Source of the DNA: an uncultured Ignavibacteriales bacterium
Lineage (GTDB): Bacteria; Bacteroidota; Ignavibacteria; Ignavibacteriales; Melioribacteraceae
Length of the DNA stretch: 64,000 nucleotides
NCBI GenBank assembly: GCA_947311785.1
Contig: CAMZLW010000079.1
Span: 4,016 to 68,015 of the forward strand
Reading direction: 5' to 3'
Each line of letters begins with the position of its first letter. Positions within the stretch are counted from its first letter, which is position 1. Under the pieces are notes generated by a model. That model searched no databases, was not told the DNA's origin, and saw only the letters and a list, made by a program, of their open reading frames with translations. Positions 20,948 to 30,401 of this stretch are shown here, piece by piece. The position numbers and the translations under genes were made by a program.

Positions 20948-22783
20948 ATGAAAAACCTAATAACACTAATTTTACTATTTACACTAAATACAATATTTGT
21001 GCTAAGCCATGCAGAAGTATCTGCACACGACTCATTAAAATATAACTTAGATGAGGTTGTGGTTACGGCGTTACACAGACCAGCTCTGTTGTTTGATGTA
21101 AATAAAAGCATTGAAATTATTCCAGCAAAAACAATTGAAACCGCACCAATAAACAGCGTGCAAGATTTTTTAAGTTACTCCAACTCCGTTGAGCTAAACC
21201 AACGTGGGGCAAATGGAGTGCAAGCAGATATTGGAATACGTGGTGGAAACTTTGAGCAAACACTAATTATGCTTGATGGAATAAAAATTATTGACCCACA
21301 AACTGGGCATCATAATTTGAACTTACCAATAACTGCATTAAACATTGAACAAGTGGAAATTGTAAAGGGAAACTCATCAAACATCAATGGTGCCAACGCT
21401 TTTAACGGTTTAGTTAATTTTAGAACTAAGCGAAACAAGTTTAATAGTATTGCAATTAAAGCAGAAGGTGGAGATTTTGGACTTTACTCTGGCTCTCTTT
21501 TTGGAAGCTATAACATTGTAAACTTAAGTAATAATTTTTCTTTTGAAAGAAATCATTCCAGTGGCTACCTAGAAAACACAGAGTATGATATCACAAACAT
21601 ATCGTATGGTGGCTCCTACACTACATCTAACACTATTTTTGATTTTTTTGCCGGATATACAGACAAGTCGTTTGGAGCAAATAGTTTTTATACAACTAAG
21701 TTCCCTCTTCAATTTGAAAACACAAAAACTACATTCGCAAAACTATCTGCCGAGTTTGGAGATAATAAGTTAAACTATTCTACAAAAATTTATTGGCGTA
21801 AAAATGATGATGAGTTTATGTTAGATAAAACAAATCCATCGTTTTATAAAAACAATCACACAACAAATATTTATGGGGGAGAAATTGACATCTTCATAAA
21901 CTCCAATATTGGCGGGACTTCCATTGGGGCAGAATATGTTTATGATATAATATTAAGCAACAATCTTGGCAATCACAATAGGAACAGAATGGGAGTTTTT
22001 ATTGAACATAAGTTTCCAAAGTTTAACAGAATAAGCATAGGCATTAGTGGATTTCTTTACAACTACTCAACTATTGGAAGAAAGTTTTGGCCTGGTTTAG
22101 AAGTTGGATACTCCGTAACAGAAGATATAAATTTATTTGCAAACTACAGTCGTGGCTTCAGAATTCCTACATACACAGAATTATTTTACAGTAGTCCAAC
22201 TACCCACTCTAATCCATACTTAACCTTTGAAGAGACAACCAACTACGAAATTGGAGGTAAATATTTCAATTCATATTTCACAATGTCCACATCTATATTT
22301 TATAAAACTGGAACAAATATTATTGATTGGATATTACCTGGCTCTGATGCCCTTTGGATTCCGATGAATATAGCCGAATTAAATACAAGTGGATTTGAAT
22401 TTAACTCAACCATAAATCTTAACCAATTATTTAAGCAAACATTTGTGAGCCGCATCAGTCTAAAATATACTTTTCTAAATTCTGATTATGATAGCAAAGC
22501 AAATAGCACATCGCGATATTTACTAAAATATTTAAAGCATCAAGCTATAGTTTCAATTAATCATAATCTTATTTTTGGTGTGTCCGCAAGTTGGTATTTC
22601 CGATATGAAGAACGATACAATTTTGAGAGCAACTTTATTACTGATTTAAGTTTGGCTAAATCGCTTGGAGGCTTTAATGTTTTTGTAAAAGCTACAAATT
22701 TGTTTAATGTTGATTACTTCGATTTTATTGGAATTCCATTGCCAGGGCGGTGGGCTACTGGGGGGATTAAATTTGATTTTTAG
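20948..22783 (+). CDS. TonB-dependent outer-membrane receptor (small, BtuB-size)
   Basis: ATG at 20948 gives signal peptide MKNLITLILLFTLNTIFVLSHA; the track start at 20894 is upstream of it. DEVVVTA TonB-box-like motif, plug motifs (IRGG, LIMLDGIKI), barrel ending in terminal F (GGIKFDF). Confidence 0.88.
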   Translation: MKNLITLILLFTLNTIFVLSHAEVSAHDSLKYNLDEVVVTALHRPALLFDVNKSIEIIPAKTIETAPINSVQDFLSYSNSVELNQRGANGVQADIGIRGGNFEQTLIMLDGIKIIDPQTGHHNLNLPITALNIEQVEIVKGNSSNINGANAFNGLVNFRTKRNKFNSIAIKAEGGDFGLYSGSLFGSYNIVNLSNNFSFERNHSSGYLENTEYDITNISYGGSYTTSNTIFDFFAGYTDKSFGANSFYTTKFPLQFENTKTTFAKLSAEFGDNKLNYSTKIYWRKNDDEFMLDKTNPSFYKNNHTTNIYGGEIDIFINSNIGGTSIGAEYVYDIILSNNLGNHNRNRMGVFIEHKFPKFNRISIGISGFLYNYSTIGRKFWPGLEVGYSVTEDINLFANYSRGFRIPTYTELFYSSPTTHSNPYLTFEETTNYEIGGKYFNSYFTMSTSIFYKTGTNIIDWILPGSDALWIPMNIAELNTSGFEFNSTINLNQLFKQTFVSRISLKYTFLNSDYDSKANSTSRYLLKYLKHQAIVSINHNLIFGVSASWYFRYEERYNFESNFITDLSLAKSLGGFNVFVKATNLFNVDYFDFIGIPLPGRWATGGIKFDF

Positions 22784-22786
22784 AAA

Positions 22787-23233
22787 CTAAAGTTTATCTA
22801 AAATTTTTGTAAAATTACGATAATGAAGAATATTTATATTTTTGTATGGATTTAAAACAATTAAATCTTCATCGCCTGTTACCAAATAATCAGCTTCACC
22901 ACTAACTATTAAATCTAACAAAAAATCATCCTTTGGGTCCCGACAATCAGTAAAGTGATTTGTAATCTTAATCCATTCAACTTTGGTGTTAATCAGAGAA
23001 ACCAATTCGTAAATATCTTCTGTTGAAAAATACTTTTTAAATTTTGGTCTGTTAAGAACTTCAATAAGTTCATCAAACAACTCTTCACTAAATAAAATTT
23101 GAACAGAATTATTGATAATTGCATTTGATAAACCTGCAATGGTTTTCCCAATTAAAAAACTAATCCAAATATTGGTATCAATAACAACTCTAATTTTTCG
23201 ATTTGGCATTATATCTATTTGCCCTAACATCAC
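22787..23233 (-). CDS. PIN-domain toxin of a type II TA pair (PIN_3 / TIGR00305-like)
   Basis: 148 aa. IRVVIDTNIWISFLIGK N-terminal acidic motif and YLVTGDEDL C-terminal motif. 5' end overlaps the preceding small ORF; the exact start (23233, 23230 or 23209) is uncertain. Confidence 0.8.
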   Translation of the reverse strand: MMLGQIDIMPNRKIRVVIDTNIWISFLIGKTIAGLSNAIINNSVQILFSEELFDELIEVLNRPKFKKYFSTEDIYELVSLINTKVEWIKITNHFTDCRDPKDDFLLDLIVSGEADYLVTGDEDLIVLNPYKNINILHYRNFTKILDKL

Positions 23234-23423
23234 TTACTTCTGAAATTATTGCATCCAAATCTATTTCATCAGTTTTAATTCTTTCTAAATATTTTTTAAA
23301 CCGAATTGGGAATATCTCTTTTTCCAATAAATTAATTAGCTCAATTTTTCTATCTGTACCAACTTTATTAACTAGAGATTTAAGTTGGTTAAAATCTATT
23401 GTTTCTGTTTCCATAACTTTCAT
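23190..23423 (-). CDS. Putative cognate antitoxin of the PIN toxin
   Basis: 77-aa ORF immediately upstream of and overlapping the PIN gene, the classic TA layout. No family recognised by eye. Confidence 0.55.
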   Translation of the reverse strand: MKVMETETIDFNQLKSLVNKVGTDRKIELINLLEKEIFPIRFKKYLERIKTDEIDLDAIISEVSDVRANRYNAKSKN

Positions 23424-23467
23424 CTAATAATTGATTTGATGTTGATTAAAATATAAAAATTAGCTAA

Positions 23468-24490
23468 TTAAAACAACTTACCCAACTCTTTGCCCTCTCT
23501 ATCTTTCCAATTTCCTTTGTGATAGGCGTAGCCAGTAATAAGCGGAAGTGCAAGTGTAGCCTCGGAGAAAACCATTTGCTCGTAAGTTGTTTCTACTTTT
23601 CCCCAACTGCTTGCTTCTTTAAGTGTAGAGCTGGAGAGTGCTCCGTCTCTAACATCGGCAACTGTAATTTGAATTGCGTATTTGTGCATTGGTGCATCTT
23701 CTTGCAAAATTTCTGCAGCTACAACAATATCCTGTGTAAAGTTTTTTGGAACTCCACCACCTACCATAAATATTCCAGTATCTTTGCTTTCCATTTTTAG
23801 TTTAGTTAACTCAAGAAAGTCTTTTCCAGAATCAAAGGAAAGATGTTTCTCTGGATTTTTATATTGGTGCATCACAATTCCGAAGCCAGCTGAGCAATCG
23901 GAAAAGGCAGGAACAAACAATGGAACATTTTTTTTGTATGCTTTATAAATTATGCTATCGTCAACTTTGGGTCCACCATTTTCATCCAAGTATTTACCAA
24001 AATTCCAGAGTAGTTCTCGTGATGAATATGGGCGTGGCTCTAACGAATCGAATATCTTTGCAGTTGTATCATCACAAATACGGAGTTCATCTTCATCAAT
24101 AAATGTATCGTAAATTCTATCTATGTGAAGCTCACGCATTTCGTTATCGTCAACATCAGCCGAGCCAATGTAGTGTTTGAAGCCGAGTGCTTCAAAGAAA
24201 TCTTGATCAACCATCAATGCACCAGTAGCGACAATTGCATCAACCATATTGTTATCAACTAAATCGTGGACTATCTTTTTCAATCCAGCACTGAACAAAG
24301 AACCAGCAAGTGTTAAAATTATTGCAGTATCTTCATCCTTAAGCATCATATCATAAATATCCGCAGCACGGCTTAAATCCCTTGCAGAAAATGCCATCTT
24401 CCCCATTGATTCTACCAATGAAACAACATTGTGTTCTTTTATATTAATATGCTGAATTACTTCTTTTAGATAATCTTTTTTAGATAACAT
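23468..24490 (-). CDS. Deoxyhypusine synthase-family protein (bacterial DHS-like / homospermidine-synthase-like)
   Basis: 340 aa. MVGGGVPKNF NAD-site motif, and EASSWGKV matching the eukaryotic EAVSWGK active-site lysine motif. Confidence 0.85.
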   Translation of the reverse strand: MLSKKDYLKEVIQHINIKEHNVVSLVESMGKMAFSARDLSRAADIYDMMLKDEDTAIILTLAGSLFSAGLKKIVHDLVDNNMVDAIVATGALMVDQDFFEALGFKHYIGSADVDDNEMRELHIDRIYDTFIDEDELRICDDTTAKIFDSLEPRPYSSRELLWNFGKYLDENGGPKVDDSIIYKAYKKNVPLFVPAFSDCSAGFGIVMHQYKNPEKHLSFDSGKDFLELTKLKMESKDTGIFMVGGGVPKNFTQDIVVAAEILQEDAPMHKYAIQITVADVRDGALSSSTLKEASSWGKVETTYEQMVFSEATLALPLITGYAYHKGNWKDREGKELGKLF

Positions 24491-24502
24491 TTTTTCTACT
24501 CC

Positions 24503-25624
24503 TTATTTGAACTCTCTCTCAATCCATCTCAGCAAAAATACATTTTCTAATTGATATTTTTCATCATAAAATGTAACTAACCCCTTGTGTACCAAAGCCT
24601 TTAATGCTAAAGTAACTGAACTTGCCGAACTTAAATTATGCTTGTTAATAAAGCTTTGTGCCGATATTTGTTCTATCCCATCTTCCAACGAAATTGCCTT
24701 TAATAAGTTCCACTGATTTTTAGGTAAAAGTCTTTTTATTTGGTTATGCGAATCTTCATTCTCTTTAAGAATACCATACAATGTGTGTTTAATTACCTCA
24801 ATACTTATATTTTTTTTGCCACTTGAAAATAATTTATTGCATACATATTGAACAAAGAAAGTATGATTTTTTGTCCAATTTAAAATATATTTTATATCTT
24901 CAGTTAAAATAGTTTTTCCATATTCTAAAAAATGCTTTAGAATAAATCGTGTGTATTTTTGCCCATCTATTTTTTCAAGGTGCATTAACTCTGTGCTTTG
25001 ATAAAATGGTCTTTTCTTATCTGTAAACATCTGTGTAATTAAGTGCTTGCTACTACCTGCAAAAAGGAAAGAAATATTTTTTGTTTTTTGAATATGACTT
25101 CGTAATAATTCTTCAATATTTTTTTCAGGGTATAATGCTATTTGTTGAAACTCATCTATTGCTATAACTACTTTTTCACCAGAGGATTCAATGTATTTAA
25201 ATATCTTATTCAAAGACTGCTTTGCTTCTGCCTGCGAATCAATGGATAGTTGGACAGTTGTATTTCCTGTTAGTGGGTCAAATGAAATTGCTGGTTTTAA
25301 ACTTGAAAATATTTCCCCAACTTTTTTCACAAATTTAGAACTTGTTGAATCTAACTTTCCAATTAAGCTATTACCCAACGCATTAGTAAACTCAGCTAAA
25401 TTAGAAGTTGAATGGATATCAAGATAAAACAATTCATACTCTTTTTTCAACTTATAGAAAACATGCTGAATTAACCCCGTTTTACCAATTCGGCGTAGAG
25501 AGTATAGAGTTAAATTGCGACTATTTTTAATAGCTTCAATAATTTTTTTAGTTTCCACTTCTCTATCACAAAAATACTTTGGAGAGGCATAACCAGTTAT
25601 TAAAAATGGATTTGACGATTTCAT
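24503..25624 (-). CDS. AAA-type ATPase with C-terminal winged-helix-like region (archaeal-ATPase/DUF234-like)
   Basis: 373 aa. Walker A-like LRRIGKTGL, Walker B VVIAIDEFQ. Starts with FCDREVE, typical of this ATPase family. 12-nt gap to the DHS gene downstream. Confidence 0.7.
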   Translation of the reverse strand: MKSSNPFLITGYASPKYFCDREVETKKIIEAIKNSRNLTLYSLRRIGKTGLIQHVFYKLKKEYELFYLDIHSTSNLAEFTNALGNSLIGKLDSTSSKFVKKVGEIFSSLKPAISFDPLTGNTTVQLSIDSQAEAKQSLNKIFKYIESSGEKVVIAIDEFQQIALYPEKNIEELLRSHIQKTKNISFLFAGSSKHLITQMFTDKKRPFYQSTELMHLEKIDGQKYTRFILKHFLEYGKTILTEDIKYILNWTKNHTFFVQYVCNKLFSSGKKNISIEVIKHTLYGILKENEDSHNQIKRLLPKNQWNLLKAISLEDGIEQISAQSFINKHNLSSASSVTLALKALVHKGLVTFYDEKYQLENVFLLRWIEREFK

Positions 25625-25642
25625 GACGTTTTTGCTGTTTTC

Positions 25643-25675
25643 ATTACATATTTTATGTAATATGTTTTATGTAAT
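25643..25675. promoter_or_regulatory. Operator-like repeat cluster upstream of the ATPase gene
   Basis: ATTACATA (25643-25650) ttt TATGTAAT (25654-25661) is a perfect 8-bp inverted repeat. A third TATGTAAT copy lies at 25668-25675. The cluster is 19-51 nt upstream of the start codon at 25624. Confidence 0.3.
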
Positions 25676-25722
25676 ACAATTTACGAAATGATTTGTAAAA
25701 ACGAAAGGTATTTTAAAACGTA

Positions 25723-25757
25723 AAATTCTCTATCGCAAATAACGTGATAGAGAATTT
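25723..25757 (-). terminator. Probable terminator of the SSS transporter operon
   Basis: 12-bp stem aaattctctatc (25723-25734) / gatagagaattt (25746-25757), 11-nt loop. On the minus strand it is followed by tacgtttt. Confidence 0.5.
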
Positions 25758-25843
25758 TACTGGAATATTTACTCACCAGACATTAACTCTGGCTATTGAG
25801 GAACCTCTCGAAGATTTTTTTAACACAAAACAAAAGATTAAAT

Positions 25844-27955
25844 CTACATCTCTTTTTCTGCCGTTACAGTTTTGCCTTCAACAAACACACCGTTTAACAG
25901 ATGTTCGTTGTTTAGCATAACAATTCCATCCTCTTCGTGAGGTTCGCCAAAAACTGAATGGACAGATTTTAGACCACCATAAATCTTACGTGCATCACAT
26001 ATATAAACTAAATCGCCAACATTGGCTTTCATTTTTGCCATATCATTTTTAGAGAAATTAGCAATATCATCATCGCCTTCTTTCATTTTCCATTCTACTT
26101 TAATTAGTTCGCCTTCTTCATCGTTAACTTTGCTGCCTTTGAACATCTCTTTAGCTCTTGCCAAAGACCAAACTGTTAATCCATCTGTTTGTCCAATTGG
26201 GTCATACTTAACTGTGTAAGTAGTAATTATTGCAACAGCAGAAGTCATAATTACAACACCAATAAATTGGAAGATAAAAGTTCCAACATTAAAAGTAATG
26301 AGAGCAAATATTGCAATAGCAAGAGCTGTTAAAGCGTATGATATCTGCTTATGATTTGACTTACTCCGCATTTTAGCAACAATTCCTTGCTGAAGAGAAG
26401 TAGAATATGTTACAGTAACAGCAACTGCACTGCAAACAAATAAGTTATAAAATGCACGAATGTACGAGTACGGATGTGCATGATTCATCTCAATTCCTTG
26501 AGCAAACGGAGTTATTAAATTTGCATCGTGAAGACCAAGAATCATTAACGCAACACCCCCTACAAACGTTGATATTACTGCACTTGGTGTAAATTTCTTC
26601 CAAAATATACCTAAGAATATTGCAACAACTAATGGTGGTGTAAGGGTTGAATGAAAATATCCGTGAGCTTCGTAAACTGTAGGGAAACTTTTAAATGCTA
26701 AAACTGAAACCACTCCAAAGGCTGTAATTACAACTGATGACCAACGAGCAGCAGCAAGTTCACGCTTATCTTTATTTTTGGTATTTGTTTCTTCTTTACC
26801 TTTTTGTAAATATTTCTTAACAGGTCTATAAATATCATTAATATAGATAGCTGCCGTTGCGTTAATTAAAGTATCAACTGTTGACATAAGTGCCGCAGTT
26901 AAAGCGGCCATTACAAAGCCAAAGACTCCTGGTAATGCAACAATGTTTGCAACCACAACAAATATCTGGTCTGGTGAAGTTGATGGAGGAACTAATTCTG
27001 GATTTGAAATTGAAAGAGCTTTTCCAATCCAACCAGCGTTACCAACTACAATAGCAGATAGTGGTAGCATAAAAAGTATATTAAATGTTGCCGCTTTTCT
27101 TCCTTCATCAACAGACTTGGTTGCCATGAACCGCATTATTAAGCCCATATTCATAAACAAAAACCCAACAGAACCGGCAACGCCATCCTGCCAAAAAATT
27201 CCAATAAAGTTAAAATCGGGGGGCTTGGTTAAATCAGCGAGTGGAAGTTTCCATGCTTGTGGCAACAAGTTCCAAAAAGTTTCAAACCCACCGAGATAAG
27301 AAACTCCTAGAAAAAACAATAAGAACCCAGCAAATAAGAGTACTGCACCTTGTAACAAATCAGTAAAAATCACAGCGGTCTGACCACCGAAGGTAATATA
27401 AATACCAGTGATAATTGCAATAACAATAATTGCCCCCATCAAAGTTACATCCAATTGCATTCCTAAAAGTTCAAAACTCTCTGGAAGCATTGGTATTACT
27501 GCCTTTCCTAGAGTTAAGAATCCAATTCCAATATATCCAATCATGTATAACAAAAGCAAAACCGTTGCCAGAAATCTTGCAGATGGTGAAAATCGTTTTT
27601 CAAAATATTCTGGAATTGATCTAATTTTTGTATAAACAATAATTGGAAGCCATCCAAAAAGAAATAGCGGAATAAAAAACCAATCGTTTATGTACGTCAT
27701 TGTTGACGAAAATCCGTATTCAAATCCTTTTGCAGAATATTTTACGAAACTGTGGCTACCAACCCCAGTAGCAACAATAGAAAATGCAATAAGCCACCAC
27801 GCAAAACGTCTTCCTCCAAAAAAGAAATCTTTTGTGCTTCTATTATATTTTCCGAAATAACTACCAAAGAGCATGATTGCAATAAAATAGACAATCATAA
27901 CTATCCAATCAGTTGATGAACCAATACTATGAAATGTTGTTTGTGCTGTTTCCAT
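25844..27955 (-). CDS. Sodium:solute symporter (SSS family) with ~110-aa C-terminal cytoplasmic extension
   Basis: 703 aa, ~13-15 TM helices, FFFGGRRFAWW motif near the N-terminus typical of SSS. Soluble tail from about KGSKVNDEEGE to the end. Confidence 0.85.
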   Translation of the reverse strand: METAQTTFHSIGSSTDWIVMIVYFIAIMLFGSYFGKYNRSTKDFFFGGRRFAWWLIAFSIVATGVGSHSFVKYSAKGFEYGFSSTMTYINDWFFIPLFLFGWLPIIVYTKIRSIPEYFEKRFSPSARFLATVLLLLYMIGYIGIGFLTLGKAVIPMLPESFELLGMQLDVTLMGAIIVIAIITGIYITFGGQTAVIFTDLLQGAVLLFAGFLLFFLGVSYLGGFETFWNLLPQAWKLPLADLTKPPDFNFIGIFWQDGVAGSVGFLFMNMGLIMRFMATKSVDEGRKAATFNILFMLPLSAIVVGNAGWIGKALSISNPELVPPSTSPDQIFVVVANIVALPGVFGFVMAALTAALMSTVDTLINATAAIYINDIYRPVKKYLQKGKEETNTKNKDKRELAAARWSSVVITAFGVVSVLAFKSFPTVYEAHGYFHSTLTPPLVVAIFLGIFWKKFTPSAVISTFVGGVALMILGLHDANLITPFAQGIEMNHAHPYSYIRAFYNLFVCSAVAVTVTYSTSLQQGIVAKMRSKSNHKQISYALTALAIAIFALITFNVGTFIFQFIGVVIMTSAVAIITTYTVKYDPIGQTDGLTVWSLARAKEMFKGSKVNDEEGELIKVEWKMKEGDDDIANFSKNDMAKMKANVGDLVYICDARKIYGGLKSVHSVFGEPHEEDGIVMLNNEHLLNGVFVEGKTVTAEKEM

Positions 27956-27958
27956 TGC

Positions 27959-28171
27959 CTACCAATAAATTGCGATTAATGTAAAAATTACGTGAAAGGC
28001 TACAAAATAGAAGTAGCCAAAAATTAAAACTCTGTACCAATAACGATGACGTTTCTTTTTTAAATCTATTGCTTTGCTCTTCCTTATAATTATCATTCCA
28101 ATTAAAAAGAAAATTCCCCCTACACCATAAAGGTATAGAAGTGGCAACCAAGTGTGCGAAATTTCTGGCAT
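27959..28171 (-). CDS. Small two-TM membrane protein coupled to the SSS transporter
   Basis: 70 aa with two hydrophobic helices. Its stop is 3 nt before the transporter ATG. Analogous in layout to yhdT-panF and yjcH-actP. Confidence 0.6.
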   Translation of the reverse strand: MPEISHTWLPLLYLYGVGGIFFLIGMIIIRKSKAIDLKKKRHRYWYRVLIFGYFYFVAFHVIFTLIAIYW

Positions 28172-28329
28172 ATTTTTTTACCTAATTTTATTAGAATTTG
28201 TGGATTAACTTAGTGAGTAATGAAATTAGTTGCAACTAAAATAAAGAATTTTGTTGGGATAATTTTGCAACTAACTTGTATTCCCACTTTAATTCTAGGT
28301 AAGATGTTGCAAGTGATTAGCAAATAATA

Positions 28330-28857
28330 CTATCTAAACTTTGTAAATTCCTTTTGTTCGTTATTACTTATCTCAGAAATGCTTGGTGGCATTACTTCTT
28401 TTTTATTTTCACTATTTCTTTTTGTGCTTATGTAAAGAAACAGAACCCATAAAACATACGCTAAAACAAAAATTGTTTCACTCCAAAAATTAAAAGTGGA
28501 AATTTTAATATTGAACTCCGCTTCAAAATAATTGAAATCTGTGAACAAATTTATATTCATCAACCCAAGAACCGCAGCAAACCCAGAAATAACAATGTAT
28601 TTTGTAGTTATGAGTTCATTTCGCTTTACCGACGAATAGCCCGCATATAAAAACATCCCAAAACCAAAGCTTAAAAATGCAATTATAATATCTTGATAAA
28701 TATAGGATGGAACATTGAAATAGATAAAAAGAATTGGAATCTTAAACCCAAAAACATGTGCAAAACTAATCAAGAAAAAATAGATTGCCCCAAATAACAA
28801 CGACCAACTTAACAATTTGTGCGAATTTTTTATATGCTCTTTGTTAAAAAAATCCAT
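28330..28857 (-). CDS. Hypothetical polytopic membrane protein
   Basis: 175 aa, 4-5 hydrophobic helices, no recognisable motif. Confidence 0.5.
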   Translation of the reverse strand: MDFFNKEHIKNSHKLLSWSLLFGAIYFFLISFAHVFGFKIPILFIYFNVPSYIYQDIIIAFLSFGFGMFLYAGYSSVKRNELITTKYIVISGFAAVLGLMNINLFTDFNYFEAEFNIKISTFNFWSETIFVLAYVLWVLFLYISTKRNSENKKEVMPPSISEISNNEQKEFTKFR

Positions 28858-28887
28858 TACCCTATACTCTCTTTTTATTAATGTTTT

Positions 28888-29322
28888 CTATTTCCCAATT
28901 TTTCTGTATGCTCGCATACCACCTACAACATTAAATGCAATAAATCCGTTCTTATTAAGAATAGCAGTTGCATAGCGCGAACGATTACCTGAACGACAAA
29001 TTATCAGAAGTTCTTTTCCTTTATATTTATTTAATTCAGATAATCTATTTTCTAATTCGTGAACTGGAATATTTATAACTCCATTAATATGCCCAAGTTC
29101 ACCAACCAACTCATCAGGGTTTCTTACATCCAAAATAATTTGTTTTGTATCGCTGTTAATTAGTTCTAGTAACTCTGTAACTGTAATTTCGGCTTTCCCC
29201 GAACTTTGCGAAAAAACAGATGCCGATATAAGAAAAATGGAACTAATTAAAATTATTATATATTTAGTTTTCAAAATAGACTCCCCTTTCAACAATACAC
29301 GAAATTTATTAAAAACTATCAC
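28888..29322 (-). CDS. Secreted/periplasmic rhodanese-domain sulfurtransferase
   Basis: 144 aa. N-terminal hydrophobic signal, ILDVRNPDE and active-site loop CRSGNRS. Confidence 0.85.
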   Translation of the reverse strand: MIVFNKFRVLLKGESILKTKYIIILISSIFLISASVFSQSSGKAEITVTELLELINSDTKQIILDVRNPDELVGELGHINGVINIPVHELENRLSELNKYKGKELLIICRSGNRSRYATAILNKNGFIAFNVVGGMRAYRKIGK

Positions 29323-29481
29323 AAAAAGATATAACTAAATAATGCTCAAATCACTTCAAAAAAAAGACATTTTATCCCTTATCTCTAATGGCATAATTTA
29401 AGGCTTTCTTTTTCAATTGTATATTAAATCTGTAATATATATTTTTCGTTTCAAATTAATTATTATTGAAAGAATTATTAT

Positions 29482-30192
29482 ATGCGAATAGATTTAATAT
29501 GGAAAGGGCTTCTCTACATTCTGATGTCCTTTGTAATTGTAGGAGGCATTGCGTTTCCACTTGTTGAAGTTACAACAGAATGGTATCACTTCCCATTAAT
29601 ACCAGGTTTAGGCGAACAAGCAAAAATTATTTTTTTCCACGTTCCAACCTCGTGGCTTGCAACAATATCATTCCTAATGGCAATGATTTTTGGAATTAAA
29701 TATCTACGTAGCAACAACTTGGATGACGATGCAAAATCACTTGCAGCTTTGCAAATAGGAATGGTGTTTGTAATTCTTGCAACAGTAACTGGCTCGTTGT
29801 GGGCAAAATTTGCTTGGGGTTCGTTCTGGCATTGGGACCCACGCGAAACATCAATTTTTGTTTTGATGCTAATTTATGGCTCCCTTTTTGCACTTCGCTC
29901 AGCAATTGAAAATGAAGATAAGCGTGCAAAACTATCGGCAGTTTATTCAATAATTTCATTTTTAACTGTCCCATTTTTTGTGTTTATTATGCCAAGAATA
30001 ATGGCTGGTTTACATCCAGGCTCTGCAAATGACGATACTGTAGGACCAGTTATGGAACTTAAGATGAACGGAAATATGCAATTAATATTTTTCCTATCAC
30101 TAATTGCATTTTCTATTTTGTATTTCTGGCTTTGGAACATGACTTACAAATCGATAATTATTAAAGACAAACTTTCTAAAAAATATATTTGA
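29482..30192 (+). CDS. ccmC: Heme exporter/handling protein CcmC (System I cytochrome c maturation)
   Basis: 236 aa. Trp-rich WWD motif WAKFAWGSFWHWDPRETS plus conserved His-containing loops. Confidence 0.92.
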   Translation: MRIDLIWKGLLYILMSFVIVGGIAFPLVEVTTEWYHFPLIPGLGEQAKIIFFHVPTSWLATISFLMAMIFGIKYLRSNNLDDDAKSLAALQIGMVFVILATVTGSLWAKFAWGSFWHWDPRETSIFVLMLIYGSLFALRSAIENEDKRAKLSAVYSIISFLTVPFFVFIMPRIMAGLHPGSANDDTVGPVMELKMNGNMQLIFFLSLIAFSILYFWLWNMTYKSIIIKDKLSKKYI

Positions 30193-30211
30193 GGTTACTT
30201 TGGAAGGACTA

Positions 30212-30349
30212 ATGAGTTTTTTACACGACAATTCTATATATATAGTATTAATTATTACACTAATTATTTGGACTGGAATTTTTCTTCTTTTAATGGCTAC
30301 CGATAAACGGCTAAAAATAATTGAAAAAGAGTTAAAAGAACAAGAGTAA
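30212..30349 (+). CDS. ccmD: CcmD-family small membrane protein (short Bacteroidetes-type)
   Basis: Below the ORF-track size cutoff. ATG at 30212 preceded by GGAAGGA. Translates to MSFLHDNSIYIVLIITLIIWTGIFLLLMATDKRLKIIEKELKEQE: a single TM helix plus charged tail, positioned between ccmC and ccmE. Confidence 0.75.
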   Translation: MSFLHDNSIYIVLIITLIIWTGIFLLLMATDKRLKIIEKELKEQE

Positions 30350-30401
30350 AAGTAGAATTAAAAATTAGATTACGAAAAATAAACAGACATATTATAAAAT
30401 T

